64,000 bases of DNA from Felis catus (Eukaryota): the NCBI RefSeq assembly GCF_018350175.1, contig NC_058382.1, positions 13,888,001 through 13,952,000 of the forward strand. Reading direction: 5' to 3'. The notes below the pieces were generated by a model. That model was not told the origin of the DNA, did no database searches, and saw only the letters and a list, made by a program, of their open reading frames with translations. A program made the translations under genes and the position numbers. Positions 47,752 through 60,035 of the stretch are shown piece after piece. The first letter of the stretch is position 1; every line of letters begins with the position of its first letter.

Positions 47752-48196
47752 CCTGCTGCATCCCTGAGCCAGGTGACAGGGCCCCCGGCCACAGCTCAGC
47801 TCTGTCACCATTTGAAGAGTGCCCCAGTGTCCTTTTTCCAACAGCCGTGGGAGTGGGCTCTGTTCCTGAGGACCTCCAGCCAGAGATCCTCCATGCAGAG
47901 GCCCCCTCCCGCTCCCCGTATGTCTCCTTCTCCCACACTCGCCCCCGGTAGTAAGCCCCTACTGTGTGGCTGGGGGCAAAGCCAGGAGCAGCTAGACAAG
48001 CTCCCTGTCCAGGAAAGACACTGACCACAGGTCAACCCGCAGATCCCGTCTGTCCCACCTGAAGGTTGCATCCAGCCATTTTTCACTGGTGACCATCCTC
48101 CTCTTTCTGGACTGGAGCCTTCTCACTAGACCCTTTGCTGCCCCCCAGTCTGTTCCCATGGAGCCTAGGAAGCCTTGCTTTTTAAAATGCAAACCA

Positions 48197-48590
48197 GGGG
48201 CGCCTGGGTAGCTCAGTCGGTTGAGCGTCGGACTTTAGCTCAGGTCATGATCTCACAGTTCGCGAGTTCAAGCCCTGCATCAGGCTCTGAGCCTGCTTGG
48301 GATTCTGTGTCTCCCTCTCTGCCCCTCCCCTGCCCATGCCCTGTCTCTGTCTCAAAAAGTAAATAAAAACATTAAAAAAAATTTTAAATGCAAACCAGGC
48401 GGGGCGCCTGGGTGGCTCAGTCCATTGAATATTCCACTTCAGCTCAGCACCATCATGATCTCACGGTGCGTGGGTTCAAGCCCCACATTGGGCTCTGTGC
48501 TCACAGCTCAGAGCCTGGAGCCTGCTTGGGATTCCGTGTGTGTGTCTCTCTCTCTCTGCTCCCTCCCTCTCTCAAAAATAAGTAGCATTA
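48197..48590 (+). mobile_element. Two tandem CAN-SINEs (~48197-48385, 48401-48590) downstream of the ACTMAP stop
   Basis: Two heads and tails, separated and flanked by three copies of AAATGCA(A/G)ACCAGG. Confidence 0.9.
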
Positions 48591-49169
48591 AAATGCAGAC
48601 CAGGTCTCAACCCTTGCCTCCAGAGCTTTCCAGCAGCAACTTGTTGCTCGTGGGAGGGAGTCTCCCAGCCCCAGCTCATCTCTCCTGATCTCTGACTGTT
48701 CTTCCTCACACTTCAGGCCACTAGCCTTACTGGCCTTTCAGGTCCCTCGAGTGTCACTCGCCTGCCCCTGCCCCTCTGCTGAGGAGAACTCCATTCTCTA
48801 TTTTGGCCTCTCTTTCTCAGGGAAGACTCCCTAGCCCCAGGCGAGGCCCCTCCCTGACCTTGGTGTTCTGATTGAGCAACTGGACTGTAAGTGCTAATTT
48901 ATCAAATTCTTCAAGTTAGGAAGGTAGTAGATCCTCCCCCGTTTTACAGATGAAGACACAGGGACCTGGAGAGGAGCAGCCACTGGCCTAAGGTCACATC
49001 CTGGCTCCCAAGCGGCAGCACCAGGATTCCAACCCCGCAGTTAGTGCCTAGAAGACGTGGAGAAAGGTTATTCACTGAACGAATACCTGTTGCCTGCATT
49101 CTGGAAGGGGAGGAACAGGTTTGCCTTGGTCACTCGTGTAGCCCAGTGCCCAGCAAAGGTGCGGTGTTT

Positions 49170-49388
49170 CTTTTTTTTTTTTTTTTTAACGTTTATTTAT
49201 TTTTGAGGCAGAGAGAGACAGAGCATGAACAGGGGAGGGGCAGAGAGAGAGGGAGACACAGAATCGGAAACAGGCTCCAGGCTCCGAGCCATCAGTCCAG
49301 AGCCCGATGCGGGGCTCGAACCCACGGACCGCGAGATCATGACCTGGCTGAAGTCAGACGCTTAACCGACTGCGCCACCCAGGCGCCC
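49170..49388 (-). mobile_element. Young felid SINEC_Fc with TSD AAAGGTGCGGTGTTTCT
   Basis: Near-consensus body on -; 17-bp TSD. Confidence 0.92.
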
Positions 49389-49744
49389 CAAAGGTGCGGT
49401 GTTTCTAATCAGGAGAGGGGTGTCCCCGCCCTGGCCACTCTGCACCAGCCCGGACACCCCGGTTGGCGCTGTCCAGTGCACTGTCCTGGGAGCCCCCCGA
49501 GGGCACAGCCTGGAGCTGTCTTGGTCACTAGTATGTCCCCCACATTGTCCGACACAGAGCCAGGCACCTGAGTAGCAGCTTGGTAAATGCTGAATGAGTG
49601 AACCAGCCTGCTCTGCGCCCGAATCTCTCCTGAACGGGTCATCACCCCATTACCCCGCCCAGCGCTAATGGTGAAATTATGAGCTTTGAGCCCACACGCC
49701 CCAGATGCGAAAGAAAAAATCCACAAAGTTGACGCTGAATGTGA

Positions 49745-49750
49745 TTTATT
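49745..49750 (-). terminator. AATAAA poly(A) signal of ITPKC
   Basis: TTTATT on +, about 1.14 kb after the ITPKC stop. Confidence 0.7.
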
Positions 49751-50891
49751 GGGGCGTCGTCACAGGGGGAAAGCACATGAAGCGATTTTGCCTCCTGTTC
49801 CCCAGCGCTGCCCCAGCTAACGACTACCTCTCATATAAATAAGTATAAAGACAGTTTGTAGAAAAAGGAGCACGCCTCCTCAGGCCTGGAAGACACATTA
49901 GAGCTTCAGCTTGGGGAAGAGGGAGGTGCCTGGTTCCCAGCCTCCTAGACTAGGAAGCCCAAGGTACGGGTGCAGGAGGAGGGGGACGGAGGGGCATCAC
50001 CCACACCTGAGAAGGTGCTGGGGTCTTTGGTTTGGACCAGGTGGCAAGCCCTCGGTCACAGCCACCTACCCTGCATCTCTAGAGGAAGGCAGCTCTGATT
50101 CCCAAGCCTCCTCTTCTAGGTCTGAAAGCCCTTCCTGCCACCAGTCGGCTAGAAGCAAGGGAAAGGGGGTCAGGGGTGGGAGGAGGGGGTCCCAAGGCTG
50201 AGGCTGGTGCCCGAGGAACGAGGCTGTGCTAGTCAGTGCTGGCACAGGACGTGGCTGTGGCCTGGGTCGGCAGGGGGTCAGCAGAGTTCTCTCAGGAGTG
50301 GGGAGGATCCCATGGGGTCAGGGGAGGGCAGGACAGAGAGAACTGGGTCCCCGCCCAACAGCAGCAGCTCTCAGACCTTGTGGTGTCACACCCTCCTGAA
50401 CCTCTGTCAGCGCTGGAATGGCCCCAGACGAACAGATGGGGTTGTGACTCTCCCGGGCAGACAGGTGGCTCCTGCATTTGTTCACAGGTGAGGTCTGGTT
50501 CCCCCAGGCGCCAGAGAGGAAATTCACCCTTCCCAGGCCTCCGGGAGCCAGCCTGCAGCCGGGAGAGGACTGACAAGGAGACGGTGATTACAGTCATCCC
50601 TATGGCGAGAGGCACGTCGCCCCTCAGAAACCTTCCTGGCTGGTCAGAGGGCCCAGTCTGGTTCTGATACAAGGTGGGATGCAGCCATGGCACGTCCCCT
50701 CTCCAGTCTTCAAAACCTCTGTATCATGAAAGGGGCGGGGCTCCAGGGCCCTCCGGGCCTTCCACTCATGTCTTGCATGGTGAACAATGCAACCTCTCCT
50801 AACCCCGAGGTCAACCCCCACGGCCAATCTCGGGGCACCGCCAGCCAGATGGGCACCATCCAGTAAGTCACCCCGGCAGTGGGCAAGTGGG

Positions 50892-53800
50892 TCAACCCTG
50901 GGCCAGCCCCTGAAGGAGGCGGATCAGGTTGTCCAGACCCCAGAGGTACCCATCCTCACGGTTGCCCTCAGCCCAGGGCAGTCGGTGGCTGAGCGTCTGG
51001 TGGTCAGGCAGGGCTACCGTCTTGCCAAAGTCGATCATCCAGACCCTGGCCAGGCCAGTGTGGTCATGCACGAAGAGGAGGGAGCTGCCCACCACCTGCA
51101 GGGACAGAGGCGGGAGGTTAGGGGGAGGGGCAGGCACTGGCTTGGGTCCCCTCCCCAACAGGCAGCTGAGCAGGGTGCTGAACTCTGGAGCCTGAACTCA
51201 GGCTGTCTGGGTTCAAATCCTGGCTCGGCCACTTAACTGGCTCGGTGGCCTTAGGCAGGTGACTTAACCTGTCTGTACTTCCGCTTGCTCACATACAAAG
51301 TGGGAATAAGGGAATAACCGTACCATTTACTCAAAGGCTACCCTGCACGTTACATGTGGGAATTCATCCGTATAAGTTCTTAGAACAGTTGCCAGTATAG
51401 CAAACAGACGACAATGTTAACCACTACCCTTTTCCAAGCTGGGGTACAAACAAACACCTGCAGAATCTTGCACGGGAGAAGCGGATAATGTCTTCCCCTT
51501 GGAGAACTGCTCAGACCCAGCAGAGGGCTGCTGGTGACCCTAGGGCACGGGGCTTCCATTCTCTAGACCTCAGTTTCCCCATCTGTCGAATGGTGATGCT
51601 AAGGTCATTGCAGCATTCCATGAAGCACTTTGCAGTGCTCGACACACCGCCCTCGGTAGATGCTGGTTTGGGGTTTTTTTTGGGTTTTTTTGGCTTTGTT
51701 TTTTAGAAACAGTACTTTCGTTGCCTCCATGTGACTCCAGGTGGGCAAGCCCCTCCCCTTTTCCAGTCGGGTTTCAAACTCCACTGCTCCCAGAGAACCC
51801 AGGTGACGGGGCAGGTGAGCAGGCGGCTGGCAGAGGAGGCAGCCTCCACCCCACTCTGGCCTGCTGGCATATGGTGAGCAGCCCGGTGCTGCCACGTCTC
51901 CCAAAGTGCCAGGTAAACCGGAAGTCTCACGTTTTAGATGTTGGCAGCTTATTTTTTAAAATGCTAAGTCACCAGGTGGGTGAAACCGAACATGAGCACA
52001 TAAGGGACGAGGTCCCCAGGCCTCCTCTTTGTGACTTGTGTGTAAAGCCCAAGGGCAGTGATGGGGACGGCAACGAGGATGACATCTGATGATAATGAAC
52101 ATGACGGTAACAGCTGGCACATGCCGAGGGTTTACTGTGGGCCATGCTCCCATGTATATAAACCTGCTTCGTCCTCCCCACGCCCACGGGGCAGGTGCTC
52201 TGTTAGCCCGTCCTGCCTGTCAAGGAGACGGGTCTGCAGAAACACTCCCAGGCGCAGGTGGCTGAGGTGTGTAGAGCAGGATTCGAACCCAGGCAGCCCG
52301 ACTCCCAGATCAAGGATCTTTCAGGAGTCGCCAGGAAAAAGAAGTGAGGGGGACCTGACAGGGGAGGTGGAAGAGCTTGGAGAGAGGAGGGAGAGGGAAA
52401 GGACACACGCTGCGACATCCCCACCTCATAGACCTGCTGAGACGGCCCCAGACTTCCAGAGACACACGGGCTGCAGAAGGGAGGGATGGGGGAGGGGGGG
52501 AGCCACCAAATAGGAATGCAGCCACGGATAGCTGGAAATAATTATGATTACAAAATAATTTTAAGAGCAAGGAGTTAAATGTACTTCCATGCTCCAAAGG
52601 GCACTCGACAGTTGCTGGTCTCACACCTCAGCAGCCCTGCGAGGAAGGCACCATTGTTCTTCGTGTTAGGAGGAAACTGAGGCCTTAGAAAGTAAGTCCC
52701 GTACCCAGCGTGGAACAGCCTTCATTCCAGGCCACCTGTCTTGAGCCCCTGAAATCCCCTTTGCTGCCTACCATCGAAAAGCAAACCCCAAACCTTGGGG
52801 GTTCCTTTTAATAGCCTTGCCCGGTAATCTGTCAGCTGTTTGCCAGGCGCTGACCCCCCCCCCCCGCACTGAACCCCCAACCCCCCACCTCCCACCACCC
52901 TCACACACGTGGCCTTCTGCTCCCCATGGCAGCGGGGGCTCGCACCTCATGGGTCTTGAAGAAGGGGGAATTCTCCAGAGCCTCACGAAGTTCTTCCAGG
53001 CGCGCCACGTACTTTCTCTGTGTGAGAGGGAGCGTTTCACGGTCAGCACAGGGACTTTGTGGGTCCTTACCCGCCTTGAGGCCTGACCTCATCCTATACC
53101 CTCAAAGAAGCGAGCAGACCACAGCCAGGAGGGGATCAAAGGAGCCACGGGGAAAATGGGTGGTGGGTGGGGGCTTGGATGCCCTGGGGTAACACAGGCA
53201 AGAGTGTGGCTGGGAGAATATGTGGATACTCATAATTCCTAGCAGCTCCTCCCGCCAAGAGTGGAGTCGAGTCCCTTTAATTTCGGTTGGGTCAGAAGAT
53301 TTGCTTTGGCCAATAAAACATGGTGGAAATAATGGTGGCCATTCTGAGCCTAGCCAATCAAGACACTTGACAATTCCACTTGTTCTCGGGGCCACCTGTT
53401 TCTAGGCTGAGAACGAGCCCAGGCTAGCTTGCTGCATCATGAGAGACAAGCGGCCAAGTCGTGAGCCAATCACCAGACATAGGAGCAGGGCCCTCCTAGA
53501 CCAGCCAGCGCTAGCCAAGCCACCAGCTGACCGCAGATGGTGAGCAACGCCAGCCAGTATTGGCCATCCTCGGCCTAAAGCAGAAGACCGTTGCCTTACA
53601 AGCAGCGATGATGGCGGGGGGCTTGAGCTGCTAAATACAGGGCCCGGTGTCCCGCTCACCAGGATTCCACGGTTCCCGTCCACAAAGTCCTCTAACACCT
53701 TTGTCACCTGCTCCAGCTCCCGTGTCTTCTTGAAATTGGTGTTGCAGGTCCCGTTGGCTTTCTGCAGGGCAAGGGGTGAAGGCCCAGTATCACCTTTTCC

Positions 53801-56800
53801 TTCTCACGCCCGACACCAAGCAGCCTCAGGCATTTCCTGAGACCCCCTGCCTGCCCCTCACACTTGCTGGTTATTCAGGGGGAGCCAGCCCACCTGCTCA
53901 GCCCAGTTCAACCCAGCCCCAAATCACACTCCAGAGCAACCAGTCCTTCTGAGTCCAACCTTGAACCCCCTGGTTGAGCCGGTTTAGCCAAGTGGGCTTT
54001 GGAGAAGGGTAGATCTGGCTTTGAACCGTGACTCTGCTACTTCCTAGCTGGGCAGCCCCAAACAAGCCACCTCACCGCCCTCAGCCTCAGTTTCCTCACC
54101 TGGAAAATGGGGACTGCGTTGCTATTGGCTGCCTAAAGCTGGTATAAGGATTAAAGGAGACTGGATATGTAGGATGCAAAGCACAGTGCCTGGCACACAA
54201 TTAAGTAAGCACTCCATAAATGAGACTAATAATTTTTATGTCTGAGGGGGGCACAGAGAAGCCACCTGAGTCTTTCTGCCACACTGTGCCAGGTGCTGTG
54301 TGGGTGCTGATAACATGGAGGTAATAGGACAGACACAGTCAGGTGAAGGAGGCAGGTATAGAACACTAAAATCATCACAAAGGGAGAGAACACAATAATA
54401 GAATATAGGGAGCCATGAGGAGGTAAAGAGAGGGCCCTGATTGAGCAGGATGGAAATTAAGGTGGGCTTCTTGGAGGAAGCAAAATTTGAAAGGAGACAG
54501 GAAAATGACCGGGTATCAATCAGAGGGAACAGTAGGGGGAAGAGCATGTGCAGAGGTCCTGTGGCAGGAAAAGAAAACTCTTTCAAGGAAATGAAAGCAC
54601 TGTGGCTTGAAGGTAGACAAAGAGGGAGGGAGAGAGGAGGGATGAGGCTAGACCCTGGAGGGCCCTCTAGGCCAGAGAACTTCTCCCGAGGGGACTAGGG
54701 AGCCATAGAAGGGTTTTGAATAGGAGAATGACAGTAGGTTGTACAACTTGGAAAGGTGCCTCAGGCGAGGCCGTGGGGAAACAGGCGGGGTGCACAATGA
54801 TTCTACTCTTGTGAAAGGAGTTTGGCAATCTCTGGCAAAATTCCCAGCGCATTTCATCTCTGACCCCGTCTTCCTCCTTCTGGGAATCTAGTCTACAGTT
54901 AAACCTATACACTTGCAAAGTATCTCATGTACAAAGTGATTCACTGAGGCACTGTCTGTAATGGCAAAAAGTGGAAACGCAGGTGGCCATCTGTAGGGGA
55001 CTGTGTCACATCCACAGAGAGNNNNNNNNNNNNNNNNNNNNNNNNNNNNNNNNNNNNNNNNNNNNNNNNNNNNNNNNNNNNNNNNNNNNNNNNNNNNNNN
55101 NNNNNNNNNNNNNNNNNNNNNNNNNNNNNNNNNNNNNNNNNNNNNNNNNNNNNNNNNNNNNNNNNNNNNNNNNNNNNNNNNNNNNNNNNNNNNNNNNNNA
55201 AGCTGTCCAGGTTTCTGCCACCGTTTGTGTAAGACTGGGAGGAGGAAATGTTAGGATATGCAATTGCATTTGTATTTGCAGGAAAAAATAGAAGAAATTG
55301 ATAAAGTGGTTCCCCATGAGCAGGTCGGGGGTGGAGGGACAGAACGGGAAGGACATCAGCAGAGCTAGGAGAGAGATTTCCCCTGTATATCCCAGTATGT
55401 TATTTTGATTTTTGAACTGTGTGAATACCTCTTCAAATAATTAGGTGTAATTTACAAAAAAGGAGAGAAAGAAGGAAGGACAGAAAAAAGAAAATCTCTC
55501 CCCATAAGGGGGGAAAAGGATTCTTCAAGCTGCTGTGTTGGATGAGGATCAGAGGGGGTGAGACCACAACCCAGGAGCCCAGGAAGGCTAGGGAGGGAGA
55601 GACCAGGGAGGTTAGGGCAGGAGAGATGGGCTGGACCAGGGGCTGGGGGGAGGGGTGGAGACAGAATCTGGAGCTGCTCAAGGAGACAGATAAACAAAAC
55701 TTGGTCAGTGATGGGGGTGAGAGAGAAACAGGGCTTCCCAGAGCCCCCGTCTATTCATCTTCTACAGTCTCCTGCTTTTTCTCCACATCCTGCTTCTTTC
55801 CAGCCTTCCCTGATGCCCATGCTCCCCAAGAAGCCTGGCCTCAGATCTAGCTCCCAGCACTCTGGTGACAGGCTAGCAGCTCCTGGCCTCACCTTGATGC
55901 CCTCAATCCGGAAGCCCAGGGTGGAGGTCGAGCTCACGGTCTCCCTCCACTGCATGTAACGGGGCTTGGTAATGGCACCCTGGGCGTGTTCCTCAGGGGT
56001 GGGGGCCCCAGGGTCCACAGCCACCATCTTCTCATACATGTCCTTCCGGGGCCGGGGTCGTTCTCGTGCCTTCACCAGCTCCTCCTCCAGGTAGGTCCTG
56101 GGACAAAGAGGACGTGGCAAAGGAAACTGTGAGGAACAAAGATGGAGGACATACTCCCTGATATCAAGGCAAGTTATAAAACCACAGCATGGCACAAGAA
56201 CAGACAAACAGATCAATGGACCAGAACAGAGTCTAAAAACAGACACACGTGTACATTCGCCCAAATTATGACACAGAAGACCCAGCAATTTGGTGGAAAG
56301 GGGAAATTTTTTCAATAAACAGTGCCAGGTCAAGAGAATAGCCATATGGAGGGGAGGGGGCGGGCAGGGTAAAGAACCTCAATCCCTACCTCACACCATA
56401 TATAAAAATTAATTCTAGATGGATTGCAAATTTATATGTGAAAGTTAAAACAATAAAGCTTGTAGAAGAAAACATAGGAGATCTTCATGAACTTGGAGTA
56501 GGTGGATTTCTTAAACACAAAGCTACTAATCATGATGACAAAAAATGACAAACTGGCCTAAATCAAAAGTGCTTCTGTTTATCAAAAGCTACTATTAAGA
56601 GAGTGAAATGGGAAAGCTGGACAATGTGTGCGTATGTATGTATGTGAGTCTCCAACAAAGGAATTGTATTCAGAATATATAAAGAATTACAAATCCAAAA
56701 GAAAATGACAGCCCAACAGAAAAATGGGCAGGGGCACCTGGGTGACTCAGTTGGTTAAGCGTCCGACTACTTTTGGCTCAGGTCATGATCTCATGGTTCC

Positions 56801-59800
56801 TGAGTTCGAGCCCCACACTGGGCCCCGTGCTGGCAGTGCGGATCCTGCTTAGGATTCTCTCCATCTCCCCCTCTCTCTCTCTCCCCCTCCCTGCTCACTC
56901 TCTCTCTCAAAATNNNNNNNNNNNNNNNNNNNNNNNNNNNNNNNNNNNNNNNNNNNNNNNNNNNNNNNNNNNNNNNNNNNNNNNNNNNNNNNNNNNNNNN
57001 NNNNNNNNNNNNNNNNNNNNNNNNNNNNNNNNNNNNNNNNNNNNNNNNNNNNNNNNNNNNNNNAGGCACTTTTCACAAGAAGATCTCCAAGTGGCCAATC
57101 AACCAATGCTCAACTTCTTTGGTCATCAGAGAAACAGAAATTAAAATCCTAATGAGACACTCACCAGAATGGTTACAATTAGCAATACCAAGCACCCAAT
57201 GAGAAGATAAAAACAACTGGAACTCTCACGCACTGCTGGTGGGAGCACATGCGGGTACTACCACTCTGAAGACCTGAGAGGCACCATCTCCAAAATGCCC
57301 AACGCTGGCCCTCTGCATCTGCCCTGTGGCTAAACCCACCTGCTGCCCATCTTGCAGTCCATAATGGAGGGGCCCTCAAAATCCGCCAGGAGATCTTCCA
57401 TCTGGTTGAAGGCCTGGCCATCCCGCTGCACCATGCCATAGTAGGTGGGCACGAAGGGTCGCAGGGGGTCACTCATCAGCTGCTCCAGGCTGCGCTGCTC
57501 ACACTGACAGAAACGCTTCAGGATCCGACCATCCTCTCCTGCCTGGAAGTTCCCTAGGGGAGCACAGCCGACGAGAGGGTCAGAAGCTGGATCAGCCGGA
57601 GCCTCCCCTCATCTCCCGCGAACGTCAGATCCTGGCTGCCCTCATCTTGCCTGACCCCTTCCAGAAGGCTTTCTCTCCTTCCCTGCACCTCTCAAAGTCG
57701 CAGCCAACATGTGGCAAGGGAAGGGCCTACTGCTGCGCCTCATTTCAACAGAGTCCTGTCCACAGCATGTAGGGGCCTCACTTGTTTTGTCATTTCGGGT
57801 TGTGAGCTCATGATGGGCTGTGGGAATCTGTGTGAGATCAGATTCGAGAGCGTGCGGCTCCAGAGCAGCTCTGCGTCTGCTTCTGCCTGGAGTCCCGCCG
57901 TGCTGGCGCCCGGGCCCACTTCATGTCAACTGACAACTCAGGCATTTCCTGGACCGCACAGACCGTGTAGATCAGCGTTACAAACTCTTATTGGGGCAAA
58001 TCGTATTTTCAGCTTGTACGCGCCGCCGAAGATGGCCACAACAACAGTTCCTGTCTCACGGGCTCTTCCAGAACTTCACCACTCCCCACCAAGAAGTGGA
58101 ATCTAAGTCTTCTCTCCTTGAATCTGGGAGGGCTTCTGGCAGAAGTGACACCGTGACTTCAGATTCGAGGTCACAAAAGGGGATGCGACCTCCACTTCGT
58201 TGGCAGAGACGACTGCCTTTGCGGTCCGGAGATGCCACGTAAGAAAGCAGACTCCTTGTGGCGCCCGGTGGCTCAGTCGGTTAAGCGTCCGACTGTGGCT
58301 CAGGTCATGATCTCGCGGTTTGTGAGTTCGGGCCCCGCACCGGGCTCTCTGCTGTCAGTGCAGGGCCCGCTTCGGATCCACTGTCCCCCTCTCTCTCTGC
58401 CGCTCCCCTGCTCATTCTCTCTCACTCTCTCTCTGTAAATACATAAGCTTTAAAAAAAAAAAAAAATGAGGGGCGCCTGGATGGCTCAGTTGGTTAAGCG
58501 TCTAACTTTGGCTCAGGTCACGGTCTCATGGTTCATGAGTTCGAGGCCCACATCGGGCTCTGTGCTGATAGCTCAGAACCTGGNNNNNNNNNNNNNNNNN
58601 NNNNNNNNNNNNNNNNNNNNNNNNNNNNNNNNNNNNNNNNNNNNNNNNNNNNNNNNNNNNNNNNNNNNNNNNNNNNNNNNNNNNNNNNNNNNNNNNNNNN
58701 NNNNNNNNNNNNNNNNNNNNNNNNGAGGCCACCGTACTGTAAGGAAGCCCAGGCTGCTCCACAGAGAAGCCACATATAAGCTCTCCAGCCAGTGGCCCCA
58801 GCTGAGACTCAGCCAACAATCGGTTGTGAGGCACGTGAGTGAATGAACCTCAAAAGTTTCCACCTTGCAGTTCCAAGTTGTCCTACCCCAGACTCCATGG
58901 AGTAGCAACAAGCCATCCCTGCCATGCCCGGTCTGGACTCCTGACCCCAAACCCAGGAGTGCAATAAAATAGTTGTTTTATCCCACTAAGTTTTCTTTTA
59001 ACCACCACTAACTTTTGAGGTTTCTTTGGTATTTTAACTCAGTAACTGGAAAACATGGCGACGGCAGCCCCGGGTTTACAGTGTCGGGGGTGTGGGGGTG
59101 GGGGCTGGCCTTTTCGATGACTCAGATCTAAGGATACACTAGGTAGGTAAGCTCCCTTCTTATCTTCCTTTGCTGGTGGGCCCCATCTGTCTTGTCCCCA
59201 CCGGTACGCATTTTTGTGAATAAAGTTTTATTACAACACAGACACAGTCATGTGTTGATGTGTCATCTCTGGCTGCTTTCGTGCTAAAACAACAGAATTG
59301 TGCGGTTGTGACAGAGACCGTATGGCTCACAAAACCCAGGACGTTTATCATCTAGCCCTTTACAAAATATGTTATGTCCTAGGCATTGTGCCGCTATGCG
59401 CCGGAGACATCACACTAGGTGCTGGGAGAAACCATTAGAGCTGCTATTTATTGAGCACCTACTATATTCTGGACACGGAGGGGCTGAGGAATGATTATTT
59501 CTACTTAGGAGGGGCCTGTGTCTCAATCTTCATATATATATATTTTGATGGTAACTCTCCAGTGAACCCTGCAAAGGAGGTAGGATTAGCTCCATATTAC
59601 AAGTGAGGAGGCCCGGTGAGAGGAAGTAACTTACCCAGGATCACCTGTAAATAAGTGCAGAATTAGGGTTTGCGCCCAGGACCATTTTTCCCCCAGGGTT
59701 GAGGATTTGCTCCCCGTCCCCCTGGCACTGGGAACGGCCCTCAGCCCCTGCCCAGGCCTAAGCACTTCCCGTAACAGCCTCAAGAGGTGGAGACTGTCCT

Positions 59801-60035
59801 CAAGCCCATTTGACAGACGGGGAGACTTGAACTACAGAGAACGGCCCTGTAGCTTTCTTTCCCCAGCTCAGCTGTCTCTGCCCAGCCTGTCTGCCCGCCC
59901 CCCCACCCGGCCGTCCCCTGCACCCCTGCTCTCACCAGCGTGTCCCGACAGCTGGACCCAAGGGTAGTGTTTTCGGAAGGAGACCACGAAGGGCGAATAT
60001 CTCAGAACTGTCTTCAGCTTCTTCCACGGTTTGTT
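50892..60035 (-). CDS. ITPKC: Inositol-trisphosphate 3-kinase C, partial (exon 1 beyond window end). Exons (-): 60035-59936, 57553-57340, 56097-55893, 53761-53660, 53017-52946, 51095-50892
   Basis: [91 protein letters not shown]. Exons 100/214/205/102/72/204 nt join in frame with GT-AG boundaries. Confidence 0.97.
54860..55450 (+). mobile_element. Ancient L1 3' remnant spanning an N-gap
   Basis: TTCACTGAGGCACTGTCTGTAATGGCAAAAAGTGGAAAC resembles an L1M 3' region. Confidence 0.5.
56140..57250 (+). mobile_element. Ancient L1 (L1M-type) ORF2/3' remnant
   Basis: ACAGATCAATGGACCAGAACAGAGT, TTCTAGATGGATTGCAAATT and GAAGAAAACATAGGAG are typical L1 ORF2 words. Confidence 0.7.
56730..56913 (+). mobile_element. 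CAN-SINE (tail in N-gap) inserted in an old L1 fragment
   Basis: SINE head and CT tract running into the gap. Confidence 0.85.
58050..59020 (+). mobile_element. MLT1-like MaLR LTR remnant interrupted by SINEs
   Basis: CCACCAAGAAGTGGAATCT...CTTGAATCTGGG...GGCAGAAGTGACA and AATAAAATAGTTGTTTTATCCCACTAAGTTT resemble MLT1 segments. Confidence 0.55.
58260..58583 (+). mobile_element. Two tandem CAN-SINEs (second runs into N-gap)
   Basis: Heads at ~58260 and ~58468. Confidence 0.85.
59175..59370 (+). mobile_element. MER58-like DNA transposon remnant
   Basis: TTTTTGTGAATAAAGTTTTATT...GGCTGCTTTCGTGCT...TGTGACAGAGACCGTATGGC. Confidence 0.6.

Noticed and set aside
49044-49571. 175-aa ORF and similar ones (43322-43732, 9842-10128, 28576-29122)
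   Set aside because: Translations of SINE consensus (VYLFLRQRETEHEQGRG.., MAQSVKRPT..); repeat-derived, not genes.
55022-55199. Possibility that this gap (or those at 56914 and 58584) hides an ITPKC exon
   Set aside because: The visible ITPKC exons join in frame with a continuous kinase domain, and the gaps fall inside L1/SINE sequence.
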